From: Planctomycetota bacterium
Lineage (GTDB): Bacteria; Planctomycetota; JAJSAM01; JAJVHW01
Reading direction: 5' to 3'
Assembly (NCBI GenBank): GCA_965248445.1
Contig: CBDFJG010000004.1
Location: forward strand, 1,344,001-1,408,000
Length of the DNA: 64,000 nucleotides
Positions 28,017-37,347 of the stretch are shown here, piece by piece; within the stretch, counting starts at the first letter, position 1; each line of letters starts with the position of its first letter. Position numbers and translations under genes: made by a program. The notes beneath the pieces were generated by a model that worked only from the letters and a program-made list of their open reading frames with translations, was not told where the DNA came from and searched no databases.

Positions 28017-28786
28017 CGAATCCTCCGGGGTCCCGCTCGTTCATCGTGCCACTCCGGCAGCGCCTTCTCCACGATGCTCCGCAACCGCGCGAAGTGTGCA
28101 CCGCGCCAGAAGACCCGGTCGCACGCCGCGCAGTGCCGGAACCGCGTGTACGAGCGCCGCGTGCCGGGGCGCAGGCGGTGCAGCACCTCGCGCTTTTCGA
28201 TGTCGACGACCAGGCCGTTGCAGCGCAGACAGCGAGTGAACGGGTGCGCACGCGTCGCGAGGCCGTGTGCCGCAATCACCTCCCGGAGTTGATCTTCCGG
28301 GTTGGTTGCGCGCACGAACCGGCCGTGCACGACGAGTGAACGCTTGAGCAGGCCGCGGTCGCGGGTCAGCAGGATGCGGTGCTCTTCTGCCGCGACGCTT
28401 GCGAGCTCTGCGTCCTCCGCGTCCTGCCACCATCGCGAGTCGAAGCCGAGAAGGCGCAGATACACCGCCAGCCGGCGCATGTGGGCGTCGAGCACGTACC
28501 GTCGCGGGTCCGGCAGCGGCGGAGACGCGCGGTCGCCCGGCGCCGGGGACGCACCCGTCTCCGGGGAGAGGTCGACATGCGTGCCGTCGGGCACCGGCGC
28601 GGAGAAGTCAGCCGCCGATCCGCTGATCGTGACGTATGCAATCTCGGGGTGCGGGACGCCGAGCGATTCGACCACGTCCTTGACCGATGCGTGCGCCGGG
28701 AACTCGTGTTCGAACGCCACTCCCCGGCGGCCCGCCGGCAGGAAGTCGGCCAACTCCCCGTGGAACCGAAACGTCGCGCGGCGCAT
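28013..28786 (-). CDS. Mut7-C RNase domain protein with N-terminal ubiquitin-like domain
   Basis: FRFHGELADFL, SVKDVVESLGVPHPE, LD.HM.RLA.YLRLLGFD, RILLTRDR, RCLRCNG, CAACDRVFWRGAH. Confidence 0.9.
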   Translation of the reverse strand: MRRATFRFHGELADFLPAGRRGVAFEHEFPAHASVKDVVESLGVPHPEIAYVTISGSAADFSAPVPDGTHVDLSPETGASPAPGDRASPPLPDPRRYVLDAHMRRLAVYLRLLGFDSRWWQDAEDAELASVAAEEHRILLTRDRGLLKRSLVVHGRFVRATNPEDQLREVIAAHGLATRAHPFTRCLRCNGLVVDIEKREVLHRLRPGTRRSYTRFRHCAACDRVFWRGAHFARLRSIVEKALPEWHDERAGPRRIR

Positions 28787-28803
28787 GACCCTACGATGTT
28801 CGC

Positions 28804-29268
28804 ATGAGTGAGCAGTCACTGCAGGATCGGTACGCGGCCCCGATGAAGTGCTTCGGATGCGGCCCCGCGAACGAGAAGGGCCTCCGCATCAAGAGCTTCG
28901 TGCGGGGGGACGAGTGTGTCGCGACGTTCCACGCGGAAGACCACCACCAGGCGTTCCCCGGCATGCTGAACGGCGGCATCGTGGGCACACTGCTCGATTG
29001 CCACCTGAACTGGACCGCGGCGCATCATCTGATGCAGCGGGCCGGGGCGGATCATCCGCCGTGCACGGTCACGGCCGAGTACACCGTCAAGCTGCGACGC
29101 CCGACCCCGATCGAGGAGGAGATGACCGTGCGCGCGCACGTGGTCTCATCGGAGGACGACCGCGCCACGGTCAAGGGGACGCTCGAGGCCGGCGGGAAAG
29201 TCACAGCTACCTGTCGCGGCGTGTTCGTCGCGGTGAAGCCCGGTCACCCCGCGTACCACCGCTGGTAG
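28804..29268 (+). CDS. PaaI-family hotdog thioesterase
   Basis: CFGCGPANEKGL, FPGMLNGGIVGTLLDCH, VTAEYTVKLRRPTP. Confidence 0.88.
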   Translation: MSEQSLQDRYAAPMKCFGCGPANEKGLRIKSFVRGDECVATFHAEDHHQAFPGMLNGGIVGTLLDCHLNWTAAHHLMQRAGADHPPCTVTAEYTVKLRRPTPIEEEMTVRAHVVSSEDDRATVKGTLEAGGKVTATCRGVFVAVKPGHPAYHRW

Positions 29269-31056
29269 TCACTCGTCGAGGTCGAGGTACGTGCGCACGA
29301 CCTGGCCGTCGTCGTCGACCACGACGATGCGGGGACCCTCGGCGAACGCTGTGCCCACGCCCGGGATGACGGCGCTCGGGGGAATGCGCGTATCGTTGCG
29401 AGCCGGGCGCAGCACGCGCCGGGCGCCGGTGTTCAGGTTGAGCAGTTCAGATCCCGTGTGGCGCGAGCTCTTCCACTTCCTGAGCATGAGCCAGGAACCC
29501 GTGGTCGGGGTCGCCCAGACACCGTCGCTTAACCGCGCTCCTGGCTCCCTTGCGCCGAATGGTCCGAACTGCGGCCGCCCGGTCAGCGCATTCACGATGC
29601 GCACCGTCGCGCCTCCTTCTGGATAGCGCTCGCTGACGACCAGCGAGCGACCTCCGTTCGCCAGGGATACGCGGCAGTTCGCCCCGATCACGGGAAGCTC
29701 GAAGAGGCGCGCTCCCGTGAACAGGTCGTCACGGACGAGGAGGCCGCGTTCTGGCTGATACAGCACATGCCCGCGGCTCGGGGCGAGTGACGCGAAGCCG
29801 TGCGTGGTGAGCGTAGCGAGGTGCTGTCCCGCGACGTGCACGCGGACCTGGAGTGGCCACATCGCCGCTTGTGGCCGCTTCGCCGGCATCGGGTCCCAAT
29901 CGAACGTTGCCCACGGAGCGTTTCGCGCGCGCGCGGCCTTCCTCGCCTCCCTTACCTCGCTCTCTGGAACCAGGCGCACGGTGCGGCCGGTCGTTGCGTC
30001 GATCCGGCGGTAGGCCACGACGCGGCTGTGGTAGTCGAACCAGCGAGAACCTTCGTAGTAGTACCGTTGCCTGAGGGCAAGCTCCGCGACGTTCACGGAG
30101 CCGTCCTCGGCGAACCCCCACACGTCGTTCGTGCGGCCGGGGAGTTCGAGAACGTCGCTCGTGGCTGTATCGACGATCCAGACACGGCGCTGCTCCTGAC
30201 CCGCGCGCGAGACGGTCAGCGCCACGCGGCTTCCGTCCGGAGACGCGGCGATCGACAGGATGCGTGTCTCGGGATCGCCGGGCGAGAGGCTCGTGCGTGC
30301 GTATGCGGCGGTGGCGAACGTGACACTCGCCAGTGCGGCGAACGCCACCAGGCTGGAGGACACGAGCCTCGCGCGCCGGGCGAGGGACGACGCGTGGGCG
30401 GCGCCGCGCGCGAAGACGAGGAGCACGCCGAGTGCGAGTGCGACGCCGAGCACCGCCGCCGCGAGGAACGCGTCCGTGCGCGTGAACGGTTCGAAGCCGA
30501 ACAGGAGGAAGTCGGCCTTCGACCCGCCGTAGGCGGCTCCGCATGCGAGGACGATGCCGGCGAGCGCGGCGCTCAGTCCGCGCGGGAGCAGCATTGACCA
30601 GAAGAACGAACATCCCGCGATCGCGAGGCTGATCAACACAGTCCGTGGAGCGATCTCGAACATCTCTTCGGCGACGGCGAGTGCGCCGTCGGGCACGCCC
30701 ATGAACCCGTGCAGCAACACGGCCGTTGCCGCGATCCAGACGGTGAACGCCGCGATCGCGGACAGCGCGAACAACACCTTCGCCGCCCAGTGCGCGGCGC
30801 CCGGCACAGGGAGCAGCGCGAACGTGCCGGCACGGCGGGAAGTTCGTTCATCGGCGGCGAGATCCGAGCAGACGACGGCAGCGAAGAGCGCGACGACCGC
30901 GGGCACCACGATGCGGCCGGTGAGTTCCGGGTGACGCCACTCTCCGAACACACCCTGGATGACCCAGACGGCGGCCACTGCGAGAACGGCCGTCCCGATC
31001 ACCAACACGCGGGCGTTGCGCCACTCCTTGTCGATCAGGGTCAGAAACGCGCGCAC
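29269..31056 (-). CDS. ABC transporter permease with C-terminal beta-propeller-like domain
   Basis: LIDKEWR N-terminus, multiple TM helices, SPDGSRVA repeat; GAGGAG RBS. Confidence 0.75.
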   Translation of the reverse strand: MRAFLTLIDKEWRNARVLVIGTAVLAVAAVWVIQGVFGEWRHPELTGRIVVPAVVALFAAVVCSDLAADERTSRRAGTFALLPVPGAAHWAAKVLFALSAIAAFTVWIAATAVLLHGFMGVPDGALAVAEEMFEIAPRTVLISLAIAGCSFFWSMLLPRGLSAALAGIVLACGAAYGGSKADFLLFGFEPFTRTDAFLAAAVLGVALALGVLLVFARGAAHASSLARRARLVSSSLVAFAALASVTFATAAYARTSLSPGDPETRILSIAASPDGSRVALTVSRAGQEQRRVWIVDTATSDVLELPGRTNDVWGFAEDGSVNVAELALRQRYYYEGSRWFDYHSRVVAYRRIDATTGRTVRLVPESEVREARKAARARNAPWATFDWDPMPAKRPQAAMWPLQVRVHVAGQHLATLTTHGFASLAPSRGHVLYQPERGLLVRDDLFTGARLFELPVIGANCRVSLANGGRSLVVSERYPEGGATVRIVNALTGRPQFGPFGAREPGARLSDGVWATPTTGSWLMLRKWKSSRHTGSELLNLNTGARRVLRPARNDTRIPPSAVIPGVGTAFAEGPRIVVVDDDGQVVRTYLDLDE

Positions 31057-31058
31057 GG

Positions 31059-32744
31059 CTACTCCTCGTTCCTCGGCCCGTAAAGCACGCGGTGCTCCCC
31101 GGTCCCGGCGTCGAACAGGAGCAGGCGTCCGCCGGGAGCGACGAGCGCGTAGTCGCCGTCGTGGCGGACCTTGACGAGGTCCCACGGAGCGCCGAGTCGG
31201 TTCGGGTCGGGAGCGAGAGGAGTCCGCGTCCCGTCCCGCAGGTCGATGAGCAGGGTCGGCTGGTCGCGGTGGTACGCCACGACATGGTAAGGAGAGCCGC
31301 CGCCGGGGAACGCTGTTCCGTACGGCGGTTGAACTCTGTGCGCGACGCGTACGTGCTCGAGGTCGATGATCATGCGCCCATCGGGCCGCGTCGCGACGGC
31401 GTAGCGTCCTCCCGGCGAGAGATACACACTGCCGTGTCCCGGGGTCACGTAGGTGATCGTGCCGTCGTCGAACGATCCGACGTAGAGGTCGCCGCCGTTG
31501 CGATTGCTCCGCAGGAGCAGCCGCCCGACCATGCTCTGCGTCGAGATGACCGTCAGGTCGTCAGGCACGAACAGGGATCCCCCGGCGCGGCGATCGGTCC
31601 ACCGGAGTCCACCCTCGACGGTCTCCGACGCGAAGTGATCGTCGCGCTCGAACACCGACTTGCCACTCGACTCCAACTGCTCCACCGAACGTGTGCGGAC
31701 CGTCTCTCCGGTCGCAAGATCGAATTCATGGACGAGCGCGTCCGGGTTCTTGAACCAGCCGCTTTCGACAAACCGTGCGCCGGCGTCGGTCCAGGCGAAG
31801 CCGCTCGAGAGCTCCATGCCCTTAACGGGGAGCGGTGCGATGGCGCCGCTGCGGACGTCGAGGGACCATACGCGGTGGATCGCGTGCGGGTTGTCGGCAC
31901 GGGCGGCAATCAGCAGCAGATGCCGTCCGTCTGGGCTCCAGCGCAGCGGGTAGACGGTCACGCGTGGATCACCGACCTCGACCTGTGCGCGATCGTGCAG
32001 GACGGCGGCTGTGGCCGCCCCGGTGGGGAGCAGCACGGCGACGGGGACAGCGAACGCGAGGACCGCGCGCCGCAGCAGCGGCGCAGCGTGGGCCGGACCC
32101 CGCACGTATGCCACGGCGGCGCCACCGAGGAGCGTGCAGCCGACGACCAGCCCCGCGACCAGCGCGTGGCCCTTCGATGGCATGAACTCGAGCGCTGTCC
32201 AATCCACGGCGACGGCCACAGCGACGAACGCCGCTACGATCACGCAGCCGCCGCACACGGCGGTGAAGCCGCGTTGAGCGAGCGTGGATGCCAGCAGCAC
32301 GGCGGTGACGAGCGGTGACGCAAAGCACAGCACCCAGAGAGAGCGTGGGACGAACTCGATGAACGTCCACGCGTGCCCGGGGTTCTTGCCGGCCAGATGC
32401 ACGAGGAGCGCGGCCGCGTACGTCCACGCACCGAAGGCGACGACCACGGTGCCCAGGTACGCGAGCTTCGCGAGACCGGAGGTGCCCGGCCGCGTAGGCA
32501 GCGCGGCGTAGGTCCCCGCGCGACCGGAGGCGGCGTCGGCAGCTACCAAGTCGGCGGCGATGACCAGCGCGAACAGCGTGATCAGCGCCGGTACGACGAT
32601 CTGCGCCGCGACGCGCGGCGCGTCGAACTCGCTGACGCTGGCGTGCGTCACGATCAGGGCGATCGGAGCGAGCAGCGCACACACGATCGCGATCGTGCGG
32701 GCGTCGCGCCACTCCTTCCGCAGGAAGCTCAGGAACCCACGCAC
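31059..32744 (-). CDS. ABC transporter permease with C-terminal beta-propeller-like domain (paralog of the downstream gene)
   Basis: FLRKEWR, IVVPALITLFA, ADLVAADAASGRAGT, WSPDGRH, LSPGGRY. Confidence 0.75.
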   Translation of the reverse strand: MRGFLSFLRKEWRDARTIAIVCALLAPIALIVTHASVSEFDAPRVAAQIVVPALITLFALVIAADLVAADAASGRAGTYAALPTRPGTSGLAKLAYLGTVVVAFGAWTYAAALLVHLAGKNPGHAWTFIEFVPRSLWVLCFASPLVTAVLLASTLAQRGFTAVCGGCVIVAAFVAVAVAVDWTALEFMPSKGHALVAGLVVGCTLLGGAAVAYVRGPAHAAPLLRRAVLAFAVPVAVLLPTGAATAAVLHDRAQVEVGDPRVTVYPLRWSPDGRHLLLIAARADNPHAIHRVWSLDVRSGAIAPLPVKGMELSSGFAWTDAGARFVESGWFKNPDALVHEFDLATGETVRTRSVEQLESSGKSVFERDDHFASETVEGGLRWTDRRAGGSLFVPDDLTVISTQSMVGRLLLRSNRNGGDLYVGSFDDGTITYVTPGHGSVYLSPGGRYAVATRPDGRMIIDLEHVRVAHRVQPPYGTAFPGGGSPYHVVAYHRDQPTLLIDLRDGTRTPLAPDPNRLGAPWDLVKVRHDGDYALVAPGGRLLLFDAGTGEHRVLYGPRNEE

Positions 32745-33652
32745 GGCGCGACCTCCTTGCCGAGGGGCCTGGCGACCGCGGCCTTGAACACGTCATCGAG
32801 ACCGCGCTGCAGGCGCTTCACGCCGGCGACCTTGGGATCGTGGTGCAGGGCCTCTTCGTAGCGCGGATCGAACTCCACATACGTCAACACGACGTCAGCG
32901 CCGTTCCGTTCGGTGGCGGGATGCCCGGGGGGCGCCCAGAGAGAGTTCTCATCGTTCAGCGTGACCGCGAGCCGCACCGCGTGACGCGCGATCTCCTCGA
33001 GATCGCCTTGCAGGGTGATCCGGCCGCCGTCCATGAACGCCATTCGGTCCGCGACCCGCTCGACGTCCACCAGCGAGTGACTCACGACGAGCACGGTGCG
33101 GTGTTCGTCGCGCAGGTGCCCGAGCACGGTCGAGAGAACGTCGTGCCGGACCAGCGGATCGAGTCCCGAGAACGGTTCGTCGAGCAGAAGCAACTCGGGT
33201 TCGTGCGCAAGTGCCGCGATCAGCGCATGCTTGGCCTTCTGGCCCTTGGAGAGCGAGTTCACCTTGGCGCGCGGATCGAGATCGAGGCGCTCGACGAGCG
33301 CACTCTCCGTCGCGCGGCTCCATGTCGGATAGAACGGCTCGAGGAAGCGGAAGTAGTCCGCGACGCGCATCCACTTGGGCAGCGGCAGGTCGTGCGGCAC
33401 GTACCCCACGCGGCGGCGCACCGTCGGGCCGTCGCGTGCCGGGTCGCGTCCAAGCACGTGGATGTGACCGCGCTTCGGCGGCAGCCAGCCGATGAGCAAC
33501 CGAAGGAGCGTTGTCTTGCCTTCACCGTTGCGTCCGAGCAGCGCCGTGACGCTGCCGCGTGGGACCTCGAGGTCGACGCCGCGGAGCACTTCGGCTCGGC
33601 CGTAGCGGTGGCGCAGGCCTGTCACCTCGATGACGGGTTCGTTCTCACTCAT
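32729..33652 (-). CDS. ABC transporter ATP-binding protein (YtrB-like)
   Basis: GRNGEGKTT, LSKGQ, LLLDEPFSGLDP, SH. Confidence 0.93.
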   Translation of the reverse strand: MSENEPVIEVTGLRHRYGRAEVLRGVDLEVPRGSVTALLGRNGEGKTTLLRLLIGWLPPKRGHIHVLGRDPARDGPTVRRRVGYVPHDLPLPKWMRVADYFRFLEPFYPTWSRATESALVERLDLDPRAKVNSLSKGQKAKHALIAALAHEPELLLLDEPFSGLDPLVRHDVLSTVLGHLRDEHRTVLVVSHSLVDVERVADRMAFMDGGRITLQGDLEEIARHAVRLAVTLNDENSLWAPPGHPATERNGADVVLTYVEFDPRYEEALHHDPKVAGVKRLQRGLDDVFKAAVARPLGKEVAPCVGS

Positions 33653-34057
33653 CGGTTCACCTTTTCTGTCGCGCTCTGCAGGGAGCGCGTTACGAGTGCC
33701 AGCGTCTCGTCGGGGGAGAGTCCCGCGGCGAGCGCCTCGTGGACTGCGCGCCCGAGTCGTTCCTCGAGCGTGCGGCGCGTCGCGCGGCGGCACTTCTGCG
33801 GCGCGCGCCGTGCGATGAAGACTCCGGAGCCGGGCCGTGTCTCGACGGTTCCCTCACGTTCGAGCTCGCGATAGGCGCGGGCCACGGTGTTGGGGTTGAC
33901 GAGTGCCGTTGCCGCCAGCTTGCGCACCGAGGGGAGCTTCTCTCCCGGCGCGAGGAGCCCAGCCGCAACGGCGAAGCGCACCTGATCGGCGATTTGCTCG
34001 CTCGGGGGGGGGGGGGGGGGGGGGCCTTCGGGTCGTCGGGTCGACTTCGATGCGCAT
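33649..34057 (-). pseudogene. GntR/YtrA-family regulator frameshifted at a 21-nt homopolymer
   Basis: ATG at 34057 gives MRIEVDPTTRR; after the C21 run the frame SEQIADQVRFAVAAG...LPSVRKLA...VNPNTVARAYRELE...GSGVF is out of phase. Confidence 0.75.
34004..34024. repeat. Poly-G tract (21 nt)
   Basis: Directly visible. Confidence 0.95.
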
Positions 34058-34112
34058 GTCGGTTCCGTCCGGGACCGTGCCCGGGGAACCGTGCTATCGG
34101 ACTAGCCCGCAC

Positions 34113-35204
34113 AGGGGCTCCCCCCTTCGCTCAGGTTGAGCGCCCGATCGGGTGACTAACATCGCACTTACAAGGAGGTGCGATGACCGGTGCCATGATC
34201 CCCTTTGCGCGCGACGACTCGCTGCCGGGCACACTCGCCGAGTTTGTCGTGAGGTTCTCCGACGAAGATCGGTGTGCAGCCCTGCTGCGCCGGTGGAAGT
34301 ACGGCGAGGGCGGCTTCCGCTGTCCAGCGTGCGGCGGCGAGGAGGCGTGGTTCCTGCCGTCACGCCGGCTCGACGAGTGTTGTGCCTGCCACAAGCAGGT
34401 TTCGCTCACCGCCGGCACCGTCATGCACGGGTCTCGCAAGCCGCTACGGCTGTGGTTCCTGGCCATGTATCTGTTCGTGTCGAGCAAGCGAGGCATCTCC
34501 GCACTCGAGCTGCAGCGCGAGCTTGGACTGGCCAAGTACCAGACCGCTTGGACATGGCTGCACAAGTTGCGAAACGCCATCGCGATGCGATCCACCGCGC
34601 CGCTGCGCGGACACCTCGAGATCGACGAGACCTGGGAAGGCGGACTGCGACATGGCCGGCCGGGGCGTCCCAAGGTCGGCGACCGCAGCGCGCTGGTCAT
34701 GGGAGCCGTCGAGATCTCACCGCGTCACGCCCTCATCGGTCGCATCCGTCTCGAATCCATCGCCGATGGTTCGGCTGACACGGTCAAGGCGTTCCTCGAG
34801 CAGCACGTCGCCGCACGCTCAGTGCTGTTCACCGACGACTGGCGTAGCTATCGAAAGCCGGCTGACGACTTGGAGCACGACCATCGACCGACCAACGTGT
34901 CGAAGTCCGACGACGAGGCACACGTTGTGCTACCTGCGATCCACCGCGTCTTCTCGCTGCTCCATCGCGTGCTCTTGGGCACGTTCCAGGGCGGCGTGCG
35001 ACGCAAGTACCTCCCCAGCTACCTGGCGGAGTTCGAGTTCCGGTTCAACCGACGCACATCGAAGCGACGTGGACTGCTGTTCCAACGACTACTCGCCTGC
35101 GCCGTGCGGCGATGCCCTCCCTTCCACTGGGAGATCGTTGGGCGAACCGATGCGCGCACGCCACTCGCCGCCGCAGCCTGACCTGAGTGAAGAGGGGATC
35201 CCCT
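34113..35204 (+). mobile_element. IS1595-family insertion sequence
   Basis: 24-bp imperfect TIRs (AGGGGCTCCCCCCTTCGCTCAGGT / ACCTGAGTGAAGAGGGGATCCCCT, 3 mismatches) and an 8-bp direct repeat GCCCGCAC at 34105-34112 and 35205-35212. Confidence 0.93.
34183..35181 (+). CDS. IS1595-family transposase (Zn ribbon + HTH + DDE)
   Basis: FRCPACG, ECCACHKQVSLTAGT, GISALELQR, EIDET, FTDDWRSY, YLAEFEFRFNRR; AAGGAGG RBS. Confidence 0.95.
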   Translation: MTGAMIPFARDDSLPGTLAEFVVRFSDEDRCAALLRRWKYGEGGFRCPACGGEEAWFLPSRRLDECCACHKQVSLTAGTVMHGSRKPLRLWFLAMYLFVSSKRGISALELQRELGLAKYQTAWTWLHKLRNAIAMRSTAPLRGHLEIDETWEGGLRHGRPGRPKVGDRSALVMGAVEISPRHALIGRIRLESIADGSADTVKAFLEQHVAARSVLFTDDWRSYRKPADDLEHDHRPTNVSKSDDEAHVVLPAIHRVFSLLHRVLLGTFQGGVRRKYLPSYLAEFEFRFNRRTSKRRGLLFQRLLACAVRRCPPFHWEIVGRTDARTPLAAAA

Positions 35205-35205
35205 G

Positions 35206-36901
35206 CCCGCACTATTCATGACGACGCTCGCGATGGCGTCCCTCGGCCGGTCCGAGCGCCCGGGCGCTCGACTTGCGGCGTTCACCGAGGTCGGCGGGGT
35301 CTCGGACGGCGGGATCTTCGTTCCGAGGGGGCGTTCAAGTCCATTTGCCGCCGCGCGGACGAGGTCTGGACGGACCGGTAGCCGGAAGCGTGTCGTTCTT
35401 CTGGCCATCGGCTGCGCTCAGACCGGCGCAGCGCCGAGCCTTCGCGCGACGCGGCACCACAGCTCGCGCCATGGGCAGGCCGCCGCGAGATGCACGACGA
35501 CGCGGCGCACCGATTCCACGACGCGGGCGCCGATCTTGAGCAGCCGTTCGCGGATCGTGTGCACCTGCCAGACTGCGGCCGTGGTGCCGCGCAACTGGTA
35601 GCGTAACTCCTGGAAGAGTACGTAGGCCGCCGCGGTCATCAGCACGCGGAACTGGTTCGCCAGGAAGCTCGAGTTGCTCGTGCGATCCACCGCCAGGCCA
35701 CCCTTGAGTTCCTTGATGCGGTTCTCGGCGTCGCCGCGACCGCAGTAGGTCTTGCAGTAGGTCGTCTCGGGCTTGTAGCTGCGCGAGACGTTGGTGACCA
35801 CGAAGCGCGCGTTGTCCTTGTTCACCTTCCCGGTGGCGACCAGCACTTGCGCCTTGAAGACCACGCGGCGGGACCTGCTCCAGCTCTTCGCCCGGTACTC
35901 GCAGTCGCCGTAGATCTGCGCCGTCTTGTCTTCCATCGCCGCCAGCACCGCAGCCGCTGTCATCTCGGCGTCGCACAGATCCAGGAGCCGCTTGTTCTTG
36001 GGCATCCCGACCACGTACTTCACGCCGAGTTCGTCCAGCGCGTCGAAGAGCCGCGAGCCGGCGAAGCCGCTGTCCAGGCGCACGAGGATCTGCGTGCGCG
36101 GAAACGCACGCCGAAGTCGCTTCACCATCCGGCGGATCGTCCGCAGCGACGTGCGGCCCTCCTTCGCGTTGCCCGGCCGCAGCCGCGCACAGAAAAGGTA
36201 CTGCTCCGGATCGCCGTCGACCGTGAGGAAGCCGAAAACCGGCAGGTAGCACCACGTGTCGTAGAAGCCGTTGAAGAGCGCTCCCTGCTGTGCACCGTGG
36301 GTCGGGTCACAGCTCGGGTCCATGTCGATCGTGATGCGCCGGGCCCCCCGGTGGCGAGCGCAAAGACGCTCGATCACGTCCTCCTCGAGCTTGCGCGACA
36401 AGGCCACGAGCTCGTGCGCCGTGACCGCGTTCTCGAAGCGCGACAGCGTCGCCTGAGACGCCAGGTCGGCGCCCTTGATCGGCGCGCGGCCCGTGACCCC
36501 CTTGAGCATCGGGTCGGTGCCCACGCGAGCCGCGTCGTTCTGGTCGCTGTAGCCCAGGCCGATCGAGAAGACGCGCTGCCGAAAGAGCTCCTCCAACGAG
36601 TGCTGCACCCGCGTCGGGTCACGACGATCCACCAACAGCGCAGCCAGACCTGCGGTCACTCCCATTCGACGGTCCACCGCGCGCAGCAGTCCCGCGCCTC
36701 CCTCGGACGTGTGCGCTTCGCCGTCGAACACGGCCGTGGTGACCTTCCCGAAGAGATCGGGAAACCGGACAGTGTGTGGGGTAGAATTCGTCACTCGGGC
36801 GTACCTCTCGCATCTGTGTAACTATTGCTCTAACAACAGTTTATGCAATGCGCGGTGCGCCCGAATCTACGTTCCGGGCGTGGCGTGATGAATTATGCAG
36901 G
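35206..36901 (-). mobile_element. IS1380-family insertion sequence
   Basis: 14-bp imperfect TIRs CCCGCACTATTCAT (35206-35219) and ATGAATTATGCAGG (36888-36901); CTAG target duplication at 34102-34105 and 36902-36905. Confidence 0.88.
35418..36794 (-). CDS. IS1380-family transposase
   Basis: FDG..HTSEGG..LL, LASQATLSRFEN, IDMDPSCDPTHGAQQ, FNGFY, RLDSGF, Y.GRGDAENRIKELK. Confidence 0.95.
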   Translation of the reverse strand: MTNSTPHTVRFPDLFGKVTTAVFDGEAHTSEGGAGLLRAVDRRMGVTAGLAALLVDRRDPTRVQHSLEELFRQRVFSIGLGYSDQNDAARVGTDPMLKGVTGRAPIKGADLASQATLSRFENAVTAHELVALSRKLEEDVIERLCARHRGARRITIDMDPSCDPTHGAQQGALFNGFYDTWCYLPVFGFLTVDGDPEQYLFCARLRPGNAKEGRTSLRTIRRMVKRLRRAFPRTQILVRLDSGFAGSRLFDALDELGVKYVVGMPKNKRLLDLCDAEMTAAAVLAAMEDKTAQIYGDCEYRAKSWSRSRRVVFKAQVLVATGKVNKDNARFVVTNVSRSYKPETTYCKTYCGRGDAENRIKELKGGLAVDRTSNSSFLANQFRVLMTAAAYVLFQELRYQLRGTTAAVWQVHTIRERLLKIGARVVESVRRVVVHLAAACPWRELWCRVARRLGAAPV

Positions 36902-37007
36902 CTAGCGCACCCCTCTGCTGGCGTCAGCCCTATTTCCAAGGATAGCGTGAGTCGCGGCGTTTCTAGTGACTCTTGTTCGCGCGTCGCTGTTGCCGCAGTA
37001 TCGGGGC

Positions 37008-37331
37008 ATGGGTGCGAATCCGGTCGACGAAGAGACAGGCGAGCGCGTCCGGTGGTTCCTGGCGAACCTATTTCGAGAGGCGAGGGCTGCCCACGGCCAC
37101 GGAACGCAGCAAGAGTGCGCGGATTTCACGTCGCTAGCTCTCTCGAGCGTCGAAGCGTACGAGGCGGCCAGAGCGGTGCCTGAGCACCCGGGCAACCTCG
37201 CGATTGTGCTGCATTACCTGTTCCTGGGACTCGGCGGCCTGCACGCGGAAGAGATGCGCCGGCGGATGGGCATCCAACTCGTGCCTCCGAGCAAGCGGAC
37301 GACACGCCGCCGAAGAAGTCAGCCGCAATAA
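37008..37331 (+). CDS. XRE-like helix-turn-helix protein
   Basis: REARAAHG..TQQECA....LALSSVEAYE...AVP pattern. Confidence 0.5.
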   Translation: MGANPVDEETGERVRWFLANLFREARAAHGHGTQQECADFTSLALSSVEAYEAARAVPEHPGNLAIVLHYLFLGLGGLHAEEMRRRMGIQLVPPSKRTTRRRRSQPQ

Positions 37332-37347
37332 CCCTGAATTCAGGGTT
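37330..37347. promoter_or_regulatory. Perfect 18-bp palindrome (candidate operator) overlapping a TTGACG -35-like hexamer
   Basis: AACCCTGAATTCAGGGTT. Confidence 0.45.

Noticed and set aside
36905..37010. Second att site (duplicated tRNA-Arg 3' end)
   Set aside because: No match to TGGCACGCCGAGCAGG was found by eye here or elsewhere in the window.
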